DNA from: Craspedostauros australis
Lineage: Eukaryota
Reading direction: 5' to 3'
DNA: 64,000 nt
Assembly: GCA_030167865.1 (NCBI GenBank)
Contig: JALAGF010001916.1
Span: forward strand, 1 to 64,000
In this document: piece after piece, positions 32,756 to 43,500 of the stretch
Numbering within the stretch: position 1 is the stretch's first letter
Layout: each line of letters begins with the position of its first letter
Translations under genes and position numbers: made by a program
Notes under the pieces: model-generated
Told to the model about the DNA's origin: nothing
Seen by the model: only the letters and a program-made list of their open reading frames with translations
Databases searched by the model: none

Positions 32756-34552
32756 TCATGCCTCCCTCAAGCGCTCCTGGGCCTTGACGGCCTCGTGCTC
32801 CCAGTCGATGGCAAAGACGACCACGCTTGCCACCAGGAGCATGTGGACCCACGTCCCGGTCGTCATGCCGGCCACGAGGCCAACTACTCCGCAGAAGGTG
32901 CTGTCTTCGCACATCATGTCCCCATCGTTGCGAACAAACGAGTTGTAGTACGCCAATGGCAGACCGACGCACCAATATGCGAACAGAACGATTGGCACGT
33001 TGACGCATTGCCGTCCGACGCCTTTGACCATGCTGTTCAATGTGTAGATCAGGCCATCGGCTATGATGTACGCGGAGAGATATGGGATGGTATTCGCGGC
33101 CTGACGGATGACGCTGTCTTCGTCCGGTGCGAATAATGATGGGAAGAATGTGTGCGGCACGGTCAGAAGCATGATACCGAGGCAGGTGGAACATGCGCCG
33201 GCGCATAGGACGCTGGTGAAACCGGCGAAGCGGGCATCGAACGGCTTGCCTTGTCCAATGAGGTTGCTGACTCTGGTCGCTCCGGCGACGCCGAAACCCA
33301 CGGGCAGCATGAAGCAGAAGATGTTGATGGATTGGTAGAGGGTCATGCCGCCCAGCGCGGCTTCGGGCTCCGGTGACAGGCGTCCCGAGAGGAAGATGGA
33401 TATCTCGGATGCCCACCATTCGGAGATTGCGACGATGCCCGGTACCGCGAGCATGAGGTACTGGAAGATACCGCGCAACGACGAGACGGCGATCTTGAAT
33501 TCTGGCCAGAAGGACAGCTGCGTTCTGTTGATCGCGATTGCCGCAGTGCTTTGAAGAACGCGCCGTCTCCCATACGCGGTGCCGAAGACGTAGACGAGGA
33601 TAAAGGCCGCCTGCACCGATTGGAAGATATCCGTGGCGACTGCGCAACCCAGATAATCCAAGTCGACGCCGTAGACGAAGATCCAGTTCATCGGCACGTG
33701 CAATGCCAGGCCGAGCATTGAGGAGTACAGTGGCACATCGACCATCCCAATGCATTGCAGCCAAGTGGTCATGGTCCAAACTATGCAATATGCTGCGAAG
33801 CCTGGCGTCAGGAACCTTAGATACTCGGCCGTCATGGCGGCCAGCGACTCCGGCTGTCCCAAGGATAAGAGGAGTGCATCGACACCACTCAGCCACCATG
33901 TCGCGATGGGGACGACGAAGAGAATCTGAATCATCAGGCCTCTGTACAGGAACACCAAGGGAAGCAGCGGTTCAACGGTTTCTTCTTCGTCATCGTCGGC
34001 GCTGCCATCCCCATCTGCGATGCCACGTGCCGATGATCTGACCTGCTGTTCTGAATCCTCCTGAACGCACCGCGTGCTGCAGGACGATACTGCTGACTCT
34101 GGTGACGACAGCTTGCGCACCAGATCGCCCTTGGCCTGTCCGGCGAGCGTCGTCATGGCGGAGCTCAAGCCCACCGACAGACTGAGGCCGGTGACATTGT
34201 AGATCGTCGTCGCCAGCGCGGCCGCCGCCAGTTCGTTGGCGCCCAGACCGCCCGCGAACCGAATGGAGATGAGCCAGGGAAGTTTGGTGAGGATCATGCT
34301 CTGTATGGTGGGCACGGCAACTTTCAATTGCTCTCTGGCTTCGATGAGAAAGCGACGACGCAAGGATGCGTGCTTGTCAATATCCTCGTGCAGAGTTGTA
34401 GTGTGGTTGGCGTCGACATAGTTGTCGACATCGCTGTCGATATCGCCGTCGATATCGCCCTGTTCGTTCTCCGAGTCGATGTGGAACGGCGAAAGAAAGC
34501 GCGGAGCCTCTGGTTCGAAGTTCTTCGGTCCTTCGTCCTGTTTTGGCGCCAT
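32756..34552 (-). CDS. MATE family efflux transporter (paralog 2)
   Basis: GLGANELAAAALA, TLAGQAKG, ISEWWASE, TRVSNLIGQG and VKGVGRQ; colinear with MATE1 and sharing the MAPKQ start. Confidence 0.95.
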   Translation of the reverse strand: MAPKQDEGPKNFEPEAPRFLSPFHIDSENEQGDIDGDIDSDVDNYVDANHTTTLHEDIDKHASLRRRFLIEAREQLKVAVPTIQSMILTKLPWLISIRFAGGLGANELAAAALATTIYNVTGLSLSVGLSSAMTTLAGQAKGDLVRKLSSPESAVSSCSTRCVQEDSEQQVRSSARGIADGDGSADDDEEETVEPLLPLVFLYRGLMIQILFVVPIATWWLSGVDALLLSLGQPESLAAMTAEYLRFLTPGFAAYCIVWTMTTWLQCIGMVDVPLYSSMLGLALHVPMNWIFVYGVDLDYLGCAVATDIFQSVQAAFILVYVFGTAYGRRRVLQSTAAIAINRTQLSFWPEFKIAVSSLRGIFQYLMLAVPGIVAISEWWASEISIFLSGRLSPEPEAALGGMTLYQSINIFCFMLPVGFGVAGATRVSNLIGQGKPFDARFAGFTSVLCAGACSTCLGIMLLTVPHTFFPSLFAPDEDSVIRQAANTIPYLSAYIIADGLIYTLNSMVKGVGRQCVNVPIVLFAYWCVGLPLAYYNSFVRNDGDMMCEDSTFCGVVGLVAGMTTGTWVHMLLVASVVVFAIDWEHEAVKAQERLREA

Positions 34553-34997
34553 GGTCAAGCGTGGAGTTAGAAAATGGCAGAGTCTGTTCGTTTTCTCAGT
34601 TGTCGGTCATGGATCATGCGTCCTTTCCCGCTGGTGCTCCACTCCGTGCCTCCTGTCTGTGTACTGACTCGTTGAGTAATCAAGATGTGATCATGGTTAT
34701 CGTGAACATCATTCCGTCATGAAGAGATGTGACGTCGTTGCGCCTTGATTGCCGCAGTTCGTTGTTTGCCGCCAACGCAGAAAAGTGCGTGGGGCGGTAG
34801 CCTTTGCGGTCCAGTGTAGACAGACAACAGGGGTCGGGAATGGTTCGCGAAGGACGAATCTTTTGTGCCATTTCTCGCAACTTCGTCGCTGGCGTCGACA
34901 GTCGAGGCTTCTCCCACCATGACATAACACTCCAAGCAGTGCACATCCAACCATGGCACGATCACAGCGCTTCCAACCGCACTACTCTCTACCCCTG

Positions 34998-35660
34998 ATG
35001 GCCATGCGCCTGTTGCTTTCGATCATCGCGCTGCTGATCGCGTCAGCATCCAGCAGCGACGACCTGCTTGCCCCAACCGACAGCGTCATCACGATCGCCG
35101 CGGGCTGCTTTTGGAGCGTCGAACTCTTCTTTCAGCGTCTGCCTGGTGTCGTGCAGACGCAAGTCGGTTACACGGGCGGCCATGTGCAAACGGGAAGCAT
35201 TGACTACGAGCGCGTCTTGACGGGTGACACGGGCCATGCCGAATCTGTCCGCGTCGCGTTTGATCCTGCGAAGACCAACGCCCACGAGCTGTACCGCTTC
35301 TTCTTTGATATCCATGATGCCACCACCCTCAATCGGCAACTTGGGGATCACGGCACGCAGTACCGATCCGCGATCTTCGTTCACAATGATGAGCAACGCA
35401 AAGCCGCGCACGAGGCCATGGAGGAGGAGCAGGCGCAGCTCAAGCGGAAGATCGTGACGCAGATCGTCGAGGCGACGCAGTGGTGGCCCGCCGAGGACTA
35501 TCATCAGAAGTATTTGGAGAAGGGAGGGCAGGACAGCACCAAGGGGTCCCTGAGACCCATCCAATGCTACGGTAACAGTGCTCTCATCAAGAACCCGGAG
35601 CTCATGCTGACCGCGGCATCGAAGAAGCTCCTGTTGGGGACTGATGAAGGTGAACTGTAG
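34998..35660 (+). CDS. msrA: Peptide methionine sulfoxide reductase MsrA with signal peptide
   Basis: GCFW active site, VGYTGG, GHAESV, GTQYRSAIF, AEDYHQKYLEK and PIQCYG. Hydrophobic N-terminus; C-terminus DEGEL. Confidence 0.95.
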   Translation: MAMRLLLSIIALLIASASSSDDLLAPTDSVITIAAGCFWSVELFFQRLPGVVQTQVGYTGGHVQTGSIDYERVLTGDTGHAESVRVAFDPAKTNAHELYRFFFDIHDATTLNRQLGDHGTQYRSAIFVHNDEQRKAAHEAMEEEQAQLKRKIVTQIVEATQWWPAEDYHQKYLEKGGQDSTKGSLRPIQCYGNSALIKNPELMLTAASKKLLLGTDEGEL

Positions 35661-35940
35661 GAATTGGCGAGCTCGCACTTGCTGAGACAACAGCGCCGTC
35701 ATCCGCATTAGAACAGGCGGAAAGGGCGGAATGAATGAGGAGGCATGAATGCAGCAATGGTATGCAAGTATGATGATGCATTCCGACAAAGACAGCAGCT
35801 GGAGATTGACATGAAACTTGCAAGTTAGTATGGGAAGCGCATGCTCTTACTAGTATGTTCAAGTAGAAGATGTAATTCGTTCTCTGGTACCGGCGGTGTT
35901 TTCTCTTGGCCTTTTGCGCGTGTGCTGGTTCGTCCATTGT

Positions 35941-35999
35941 TGTTCGTTGCTTTCTGTTCGTTGCTTTCTGTTCGTTGCTTTCTGTTCATTGCTTTCTGT
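35941..35999. repeat. 14-mer tandem repeat (TTGCTTTCTGTTCG)x~4
   Basis: Directly visible in the convergent intergenic region. Confidence 0.9.
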
Positions 36000-36290
36000 G
36001 TTTCCTTCGTTGGCCTGTTGCGTGGTGCTGATGGGAGAAGGCCATTGGCTCTGTCGCTCGGCTTTTGTGTTCATTGCATCCAAGATGATGCGTTGCGCTG
36101 TCTGTGCATTGGTGATGCCACGCAGCCGGTTGAGTGAAGCAGGTAGGTAGGTGGCCATTGTCGTATAGTAATGTGACATTCTGAATCGCGATGCGTTCGT
36201 GCGATGTTTGTATGTAATAGTTGATGTAGCCGATGTAGCTGATGCAGTTGCCGCAGCTTCTGGAACATGCGAGCACTTGACTGCCTTGCT

Positions 36291-36332
<42 letters not shown>

Positions 36333-36350
36333 GAATCAATCAATCAATCA
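36291..36350. repeat. (ATCA)15 microsatellite, one ATGA variant
   Basis: Directly visible, 16 bp past the stop codon of the 36367 gene. Confidence 0.97.
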
Positions 36351-36366
36351 GCCTGACTGACTGACT

Positions 36367-37836
36367 TTAGTTGAGCTTGTCCATCAAGCCTGAGTACTGC
36401 ATCTCGTTCGCTCGCACTGCGGCATGGCGGGCTTCGTTCCAGTTCCTGATGGTGGTGTCAGCAGCTGGGCTTGGCAAGGAGACTGGCACGGTGACTGCGT
36501 CCACAGCAGCTGGGACGGCTTCAAGGACGGTCTCAGGTTGCTGTTGGACCACCTGCTCCACAACGGAAGGTGTTGGGAGGCTCACGGACTCCGTGACGGC
36601 ATCAGTCATCGCAGCGCTTGGTTCCGGCAAAACGTCAGCGATGCTGGTTGCCTTCACAGCCAGGGCATCGGGGACATCACTCGCCTTGTGGGCCAACGAA
36701 TCCATGCTTGGCATGCTCGGAATGCTCGCGGTGTCAGTGATGTCCTTCACGCCGTGGGCCATGCCTTGGGCCTTGGTGGATAGATCATGTGCAGATGTCG
36801 ACATGATGCTGGAGGCCTCTGAAGAGATGGAGCGGTAATGGTCCGACACGGTGTCAAGCGTCGTAGCAGAGTATGTTGAAGCTTTTTCTGCCACCATCGC
36901 AGAGTACGCGGAGGCCTGGTCCGCGACCGTTGCGGAGTAGTCTGAAGCTTGCTGCTTCAACGAATCCATCCACCCGGAGTTTCCGATCGCGTCGAGGCTA
37001 TCCATGCTCCCGACCGATGCGCTCAAGTCTTCGTAGCGGGCGGCGAGCTGCGAGGAGAGGTCGTTGATCGTGTCGGTTGCGGCGCTTTCAAGCTGCGCAA
37101 CCGCTGCGGCGGACGATTCGCGAAGAGCGGCGGTGCGTTCAATCGCATTGCTCTTCATCTCTTCGATGAGGTCCGCTGTTTGCATCTGATCCTTCGCATC
37201 AGCGACGAAGGATTGGAACTGAGCCACCTGCGGGGCCACAGCATCCTGCACCTGCGCCAATTGCACGGCTGCTGCCTCTTGAATTTGGTCCTTCCACATC
37301 ATCACGGCCGACTGGCACGAAACCATCAGATCGTGCGATTGGACCTTGACCGTTTCGGTGAAAATATCCACGTTGGACGACCACATAGCGACGGCATCCT
37401 TCACTTCCGAAAGACCGTGGAAGTCGAGCTGGGCTCCCAGACTCGCCATGGCCGCGTTCCATTGCACCAGAGCCTCCGGGTCGAATCCGGGCGCGGTCAC
37501 GACCATGGAAGCCGCGAGCACCGCTGCCAACCCAGCAAAGGCCTTGGTTGGGCCAGTGAGTCCATTCCATGTTGGCGAAGTATAGGTCTTCGCGGCGGTT
37601 TGCTGGGTGGCCTCATCAAATCGACCAGCCGCAGTTTTCATCCCCTCCACGAGGATGGTGGGGTCGAAGGCTCCGTAATCCTCCGGCCTTGGGGATGTGA
37701 GCGTCTGGAGGCGGACAGTGCCGCGTGTCACGCCAGCCTTGGCATTGTCGCTGTCGGGAACAAATGCGGATGCTGTTGCTGCTGTTGCCGCAACAAACAG
37801 CAACCAGCTGAGTCTGTTGTTTTGGGAGAAGAGCAT
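36367..37836 (-). CDS. Ala/Ser-rich helical protein, plastid-targeted, one hydrophobic segment
   Basis: MLFSQNNRLSWLLFVAATAATASA-FVP (classic ASAFAP-type motif); AFAGLAAVLAASMVVTAPG hydrophobic stretch; then long amphipathic helical sequence. Confidence 0.8.
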   Translation of the reverse strand: MLFSQNNRLSWLLFVAATAATASAFVPDSDNAKAGVTRGTVRLQTLTSPRPEDYGAFDPTILVEGMKTAAGRFDEATQQTAAKTYTSPTWNGLTGPTKAFAGLAAVLAASMVVTAPGFDPEALVQWNAAMASLGAQLDFHGLSEVKDAVAMWSSNVDIFTETVKVQSHDLMVSCQSAVMMWKDQIQEAAAVQLAQVQDAVAPQVAQFQSFVADAKDQMQTADLIEEMKSNAIERTAALRESSAAAVAQLESAATDTINDLSSQLAARYEDLSASVGSMDSLDAIGNSGWMDSLKQQASDYSATVADQASAYSAMVAEKASTYSATTLDTVSDHYRSISSEASSIMSTSAHDLSTKAQGMAHGVKDITDTASIPSMPSMDSLAHKASDVPDALAVKATSIADVLPEPSAAMTDAVTESVSLPTPSVVEQVVQQQPETVLEAVPAAVDAVTVPVSLPSPAADTTIRNWNEARHAAVRANEMQYSGLMDKLN

Positions 37837-39212
37837 GTTGGTGATGGAGTTGCTTGAAATTGGGATCAGTTGTGACCTTGCTGGCTTCTGTTGCTTTTGT
37901 GAGGTGAGAGAGGAAGGTGTGTGGGTGTATGTGCGGACGCGTAGTGGTGAGCTCTCTGGGAAATCAGACGCAATTGCGGACGGAGAGGGTACTCGAAGCA
38001 GTATGGAATGGTATAGTTGGAGTGAAGGTGAAGATGATTCCGGCACCGTCTTGTATTTGTGTGTGTGCGTGGTTGCGCCTTTGCTACTCTGACTCAGCCC
38101 CCAGCCACTCTTCGTCCGCTTGGACCACGCAACTGGTTGGGGAGAGTCAAAGGGCGAAAGCGTCACCGGCGCCAAGATCAGAACAGTCAAACCATGAGAG
38201 CATCGACGGCGCAACTCCCACGCTCAACACAGCAGGAGATACGGCGTTGTTCATGGTGCTCTCTCGATGCAACGAGAATGGCCATCTGGCGGTGTCGAGC
38301 ACTGACATGAAGATTCACCACCCGAACCCGGACGACACATCAACGGACCAATCCAGAAGCAGTTGACATACCGAGGGGTCCTCAAGAAGACGTTTGGACG
38401 GTGATGGCGCTGGCGGCGATGGGAGCAGGTTCCTTCAGGCAGATGCTGCTTGTGTGTTTTATGACTGAGATGTGGGCGGTTGTTGGTTGTCTTGCCCGAG
38501 TTTTGTGACTGGCGCGAAGAGCTTCTTTCGCCCTCTCTGTGCCGAGCATGGGATGTGCGCGCTGAAGATACGTACGGAGCGGAGTGGAAACGAACAGATG
38601 CACGATCGTGCAAAGATCGACACCCGCCACCTGATGAACAGCAGAAAGGAGGAACAGGAGGAGGAACAGGACATGAGAAGGCAACAACACGAACTCGAGG
38701 AACATCCACCCACCCACACACAGAGAGAGCGAGAGAAACGGGTTCTTCCTCGTCGGAGTTGTGCCTGTTCAGCACAAGACAATTTTGTCCTTCTGGCCAT
38801 CAAAAATTTGGATGAGAACACCAAGAATGTGAACCGTGTTCCTTTTTGTCACGTTCACAGACATCCGGATTGTTCACCATTGGTGACTGAAATAGTCCTT
38901 ATTTGGAGTTTGGAGATGACCATTTAGACTTGCGACATGAAGGTAGAGTACGCTGCAGAGAGGCCCCAACGCATCGTGTGAGTTGCAGCTTGCGGCAACC
39001 GTGACGTCGATTGTCAACAAAACATCTCGTGCCGTACATAGAATGGCATCGGCCCTTTCGCGCTCATGAACGAGCTCGCTTTCAGCTCAGGTCACTTGGT
39101 TTGTTTCTTCTATTGTATTATACTTGTTCACGTCGGTTTCTTCGAGGAGCCCTCACATGTACGTGTACTTGTGCTTGTACACTCCAACGTGTGGCACATC
39201 GTGGCGATGGAT

Positions 39213-39962
39213 TCAAGCGTCCTCCACTATCAGATCGATGGTCTGACCAAGACCTTCGTCTTTGGCGCATGACAAGGCCACGACATCGATGCTCCCGTCC
39301 TCCATGACAACCCCTGTCGCCGACACGTTGCAGCTGTACGTCGTGACTCCGCCATCCGTCGAGAAGATGGCAAAGAAGCGAACCAGGCATTTGGTATCGT
39401 CGTCGCGAAAACCAGAACCGATGATGATCTCCACTCGCAGCAGATCCCCCAGCCGTTGGCTTTTGCGCACGGCCTTGACTGCCGCCCGCACGACGGAGTC
39501 CGTCAGCATGGCCTGCTGCGGCGTCAATCGTTTCAGCAGGTTGTTGGCAATGTCCATGCGGCCCAATCCGTCGCTCATGGTGAGGGTGACAGGACTCTCG
39601 GCTTCCACCAACAGATCCATGACGCTGTCGAATCCTGACGTCGAGACGTCCGTGTCTTGGATGGCCAGGAGGACTTCGCCCGACGCAACCTGGCCGCTGT
39701 TGGCGGCGGTACCATCCTTGACCAACGATGCGATTTGAACGCCCGATGCCGAACCTGCCTCACATTCCTCGAGCACAATGCCCAGTGGCTTCTCCAGTTC
39801 CACAGTGAAATCACCCAACGCCATCGACAACTGTCGTTGCCGCTGTTGTGGTGGGTGTTGTATCCTGAGTGATTGAGATACAACGGCGAAGCCATGGGCA
39901 CCGTTCAGGTATCCCAGGGAGAGCAGGCATGTCGTGATGGATAGCAGCATTGCCCTTTTCAT
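39213..39962 (-). CDS. PDZ-domain protein, probably plastid-targeted
   Basis: Signal peptide + AHG-FAV. PDZ: FTVELEKPLGIVLEE…GVQIASLVKDGTAANSGQVASGEVLLAI…FDSVMDLL…PVTLTM. Additional globular C-terminal domain. Confidence 0.85.
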   Translation of the reverse strand: MKRAMLLSITTCLLSLGYLNGAHGFAVVSQSLRIQHPPQQRQRQLSMALGDFTVELEKPLGIVLEECEAGSASGVQIASLVKDGTAANSGQVASGEVLLAIQDTDVSTSGFDSVMDLLVEAESPVTLTMSDGLGRMDIANNLLKRLTPQQAMLTDSVVRAAVKAVRKSQRLGDLLRVEIIIGSGFRDDDTKCLVRFFAIFSTDGGVTTYSCNVSATGVVMEDGSIDVVALSCAKDEGLGQTIDLIVEDA

Positions 39963-40503
39963 GTCTGTACGTGTAATCGTTTGGGTAGAGGCCTTGGATG
40001 GATTGTCGGGAGCGTGCGTTGATGATCTTGCGGTGCGATGGTATGCTGTGTTGTGATGGGACAAGTGTGTATTTGTAGAGTGGCTTGCTCGACAAGCGTT
40101 GGTATTGTGTTGTGATCAACGAATGATGACATTCATCGGCTTGTTGCTGTTGCATGGATCGCCTGTCCCACAACAACAACGTCATCCGTTTTTGTTTTGA
40201 AGATTTTGTCAATGCGTCTTTAGACTGTCCCATCTGTCTAGAGAAAGAATTGGACATCGCAACATTTCCAACACGTTCAGACCAGATTATTCACAGACAC
40301 AGGAATAGTGCGAGATGTTGACCATGCGTACAGCTGCTGCTTTTATTCCTTTACTCCTCGTACTATATTGTGCTGTTTTGTGTTGGGTTATGCTGTCTTA
40401 GCATTGTGCGGACATACAATACAGTATTAGAATAGTTTGTGTGAATCCATGGCACACTTGTGCCAGGACGTCCCCTCCTCCTTGCATGCCACTTTGAATG
40501 GCT

Positions 40504-43500
40504 TTATGCGCTGTACAATCTCTGTGTGATGGATTTTTGGTGCGACCGGTCATCATCAAAGTCGTTGTCGTATGCCGGCTTTCGTGGGGTTGGTGCTGCG
40601 GCCGTGCCAGAGGCTCGCTTGCTGTACACCTTCGAGGATGTGCCATCGGGGTCGGCAGCTTGTCGGCGCTGCGGGATGTTGCGTTCGGCCAGTGGAGAAA
40701 GGCCAGGTGCTTCAATTGCCTTTGCCTTCGTGCCGGTGCCGACGCTCTTTTGGTTGGGGCTTGTGCTCGTCATGGTTTGACTTCCCAACATTGGACGATT
40801 CTCACGGCTAGAATCGGTGCTCTTTGAACCGGCAGTCGACGGTGACATGCTGTGGCTGTTCGTGTTGGTGTGGCTGTCACTGCTTCGACTGCCGGAGATG
40901 TGATTGTAGGAGGCCTGCTGCTGCTGCTGCTTCTGTTGCTGGATCATCATTTGGTGCGATGGAGACACACCCGTCAATCCGCTCTTCGGCGTTGCGTTTT
41001 CGTAAAACATCGGCGCCATCTCAGCATTGTCATTGTCCTCGCCGGCCATTTGTGCTCCTGCAAGCAGGGCACGTTCCGCGGTCTCGTTGCCTGGCTGGAC
41101 GACTTCCGTTCCTGGCCGCATCTCGGATTCTGTCTGCTTCAATGCGATGTCTTGGCTGTCGGCCTTTCGCAAAGTCAGCGGTGCAGTTTCCGCATTGCCG
41201 TTGGCCTCTCCTGCCATCTTCGATGCGCTCTTCATGGCATCCTCCACCTTGTCGCTCTCCGACTTTGGCTTGCGCCCGAAGCGGCTGAACAGACCGCGCT
41301 TTTGAGGTGTCGCGCCATTCTCCTTGCTCTTCTTGCCTTGCTGCTTCTTGGCTGACTTCTTTGCAGCCACCTTGGATGTGGTCTTGCTGTGGGAACTGTT
41401 CGCTTTGTTCTTTGCTGCTGCTCCCAGCGCGGCAGATTTCGATGGCGTTTGATTGATGCTGGTAGATTGGCCTTGCTTCGTCTGCTGCTTTGCCTTTCCT
41501 GCTGTTGAGGGCACAGCAGTTGCACTCGCTGGTGCACTAGTGCGCGTTGGCATTGAGTCAGGTGACATGCTCTCCTTCGCTCCGGCTTCTTCTGCTTCGT
41601 CTGACTTGGATGTCACCGAGACGATAGCAGTCTCGTTGTTAAGAGCATCGGCAGCAACGGGTGCGGAGGCGCTCGTCATTGATCGTGTTCCATCGGGTGC
41701 ATTTGGCGTTGGAGCTCCGATAGCATACCGGTCGCCCTGCTTGGACTCACTCCCATCAGCTGTCCCAAATGATCTGGATTGCAACCGGGGTATATCATCG
41801 TGCAGCTGCGAAGCCTCGCTTTCATCGATGTTCTCAATGGCACGAAGTTGGATGGTGGCTTCCTGTCCGTTCTTCCGTGGCGGCTGCTGTTGTTGGGCCT
41901 TGGATTTAGCGGACTTCTTGTTCTGCTTCGCCTTCTTGCCAGCCCCGTCAGCGCCATCGGTCGCCTTGTTGGATGATCCCTTGTTCCAACCTTGGAACAG
42001 TCGGAACTTCTTGCTCTCCTTCGTGGTAGTGGTCGTATTCGTTCGTTTGCTCTTGGCAATGTCATGGTTGGCACTGCCAGTGGTGTGATCCGGCACATCT
42101 TCCTTCTTCTCTTCTTCTGGTTGCATTCCGGCATCAGGTGCGCTAACTGGCTCCGCCTCTTTCGCGCTCTCGGTCTGCATGATGTGTTCCCACGACTTCT
42201 GCGCGAGGACTTCCGGCGGGATGCCCTGGGGTGCCTTGATGAAGGTGGGCTGTCGTGAGAGTTCACGCTGTTGACGCAGTGACCGCATGGATGCGACGCT
42301 GCCGTCCTCGTCTTCGTCAATGCCACCATGTGTCAGATGCTGCTGATTCTTGCGACGTCCAGCCCTGGCGGCCTTGTTTCGAGGTATGGCCAGGAGGGAA
42401 CCCTCGCTCGCCTCCAAGGCCACGATGCTGTCCTTGAGATGCTCCTCCATGTACTCGTCAGCTTGGACGTACTTGGCATCACGTGGGTCATGCGTCGATG
42501 ACAATTCGTCGATGTCCTCGCCGTTGCGATCGATGGCGAATTCTTCATCCTGGCCGATCGTGACACTGCGGTGCTCTTCGAGTTCCGAACTGGAGACGTA
42601 CTTGTCCATGTCCGCGCTCTTGGACGTGGTCGTTGCTCTGATGGCGTCGCCACCATTAGCATCACGGGCGTTCTTGGCGTTGTTCTTCCACGACAACCAT
42701 CCAGATCGTTTGGAGGGAGACGTCGGCGACTTGGGAGACTTGGCGCCGACTTTGTTGCTGGCGTTGCTCGGGACGCCCACAAAGGGAATGGCCCGACGTG
42801 GCGATCGCTTTTGCGTTGTGTTGTTGGTCGCAACGGCGGGACTCTTTGCATCCGAAGCGCCGGGACCATCGAGGATCTCGTTGAGGCTGGACATGGACAT
42901 GACGTCCGAGGCCATGCCATTCTGGGGCGAGGGATTGGGAGGAATGGCCGGGAGCACTTGGAGAGCCGAATTGTGCTCGAATGATTGGTTGAAACCCAGC
43001 GTGGACATGTCGTGGTCATCATCGTCGTCGTCGTAGTAGGCAGCGTAGTCCTCGTCCTCGTCGTCCTCGTCGTCATCCTCGTCGTCCTGGCTGAGCATGT
43101 TCTTTTCGAGAAGCTGTCTTAGATCCAGACCCTTTGGCAGGATGCTCTCCAGGTACTGCTTTGCCATGCCGGCGTACTGGTCGGCGGTCTGGAAGAGACC
43201 GACCGTGGCAGCAGTGACCGTACCAGCTGCGGCGGGCACCTCGCCCTTGAGGTACCTCCATCGCATGGGATTGGTGACGACGGCCTGCGAGTGGCTGTTC
43301 TCATCATTGCTGGTGCTGGTGCTGATACTGGTGCTGATGCTATTGTTGATGGTGAGATTTCTGTTGTCGATGGTGGCCGTAGTGGAAGTGTATGCACTTG
43401 TATTTGTGCTTGCATTTGTGCTTGCATTTGTGCTTGCGCTTGTGGCATGGTTTCTGGCAGCACCCCTCCTGATGTTCTTTGCCACTCTGGTGGTGTCATC

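Noticed and set aside
32538-33899. 453-aa alternative-frame ORF overlapping MATE2, and many other shadow ORFs
   Set aside because: Arg-rich off-frame translations expected from GC3-biased coding sequence; no motifs.
37450-37499. tRNA-like element: GGCCGCG…CCGGGTCGAATCCGG…CGCGGTCA (acceptor stem and T-arm mimic)
   Set aside because: Only about 50 nt with no D or anticodon arm; the loop is GTCGAAT rather than TTCGAAT; it lies antisense within a protein-coding exon.
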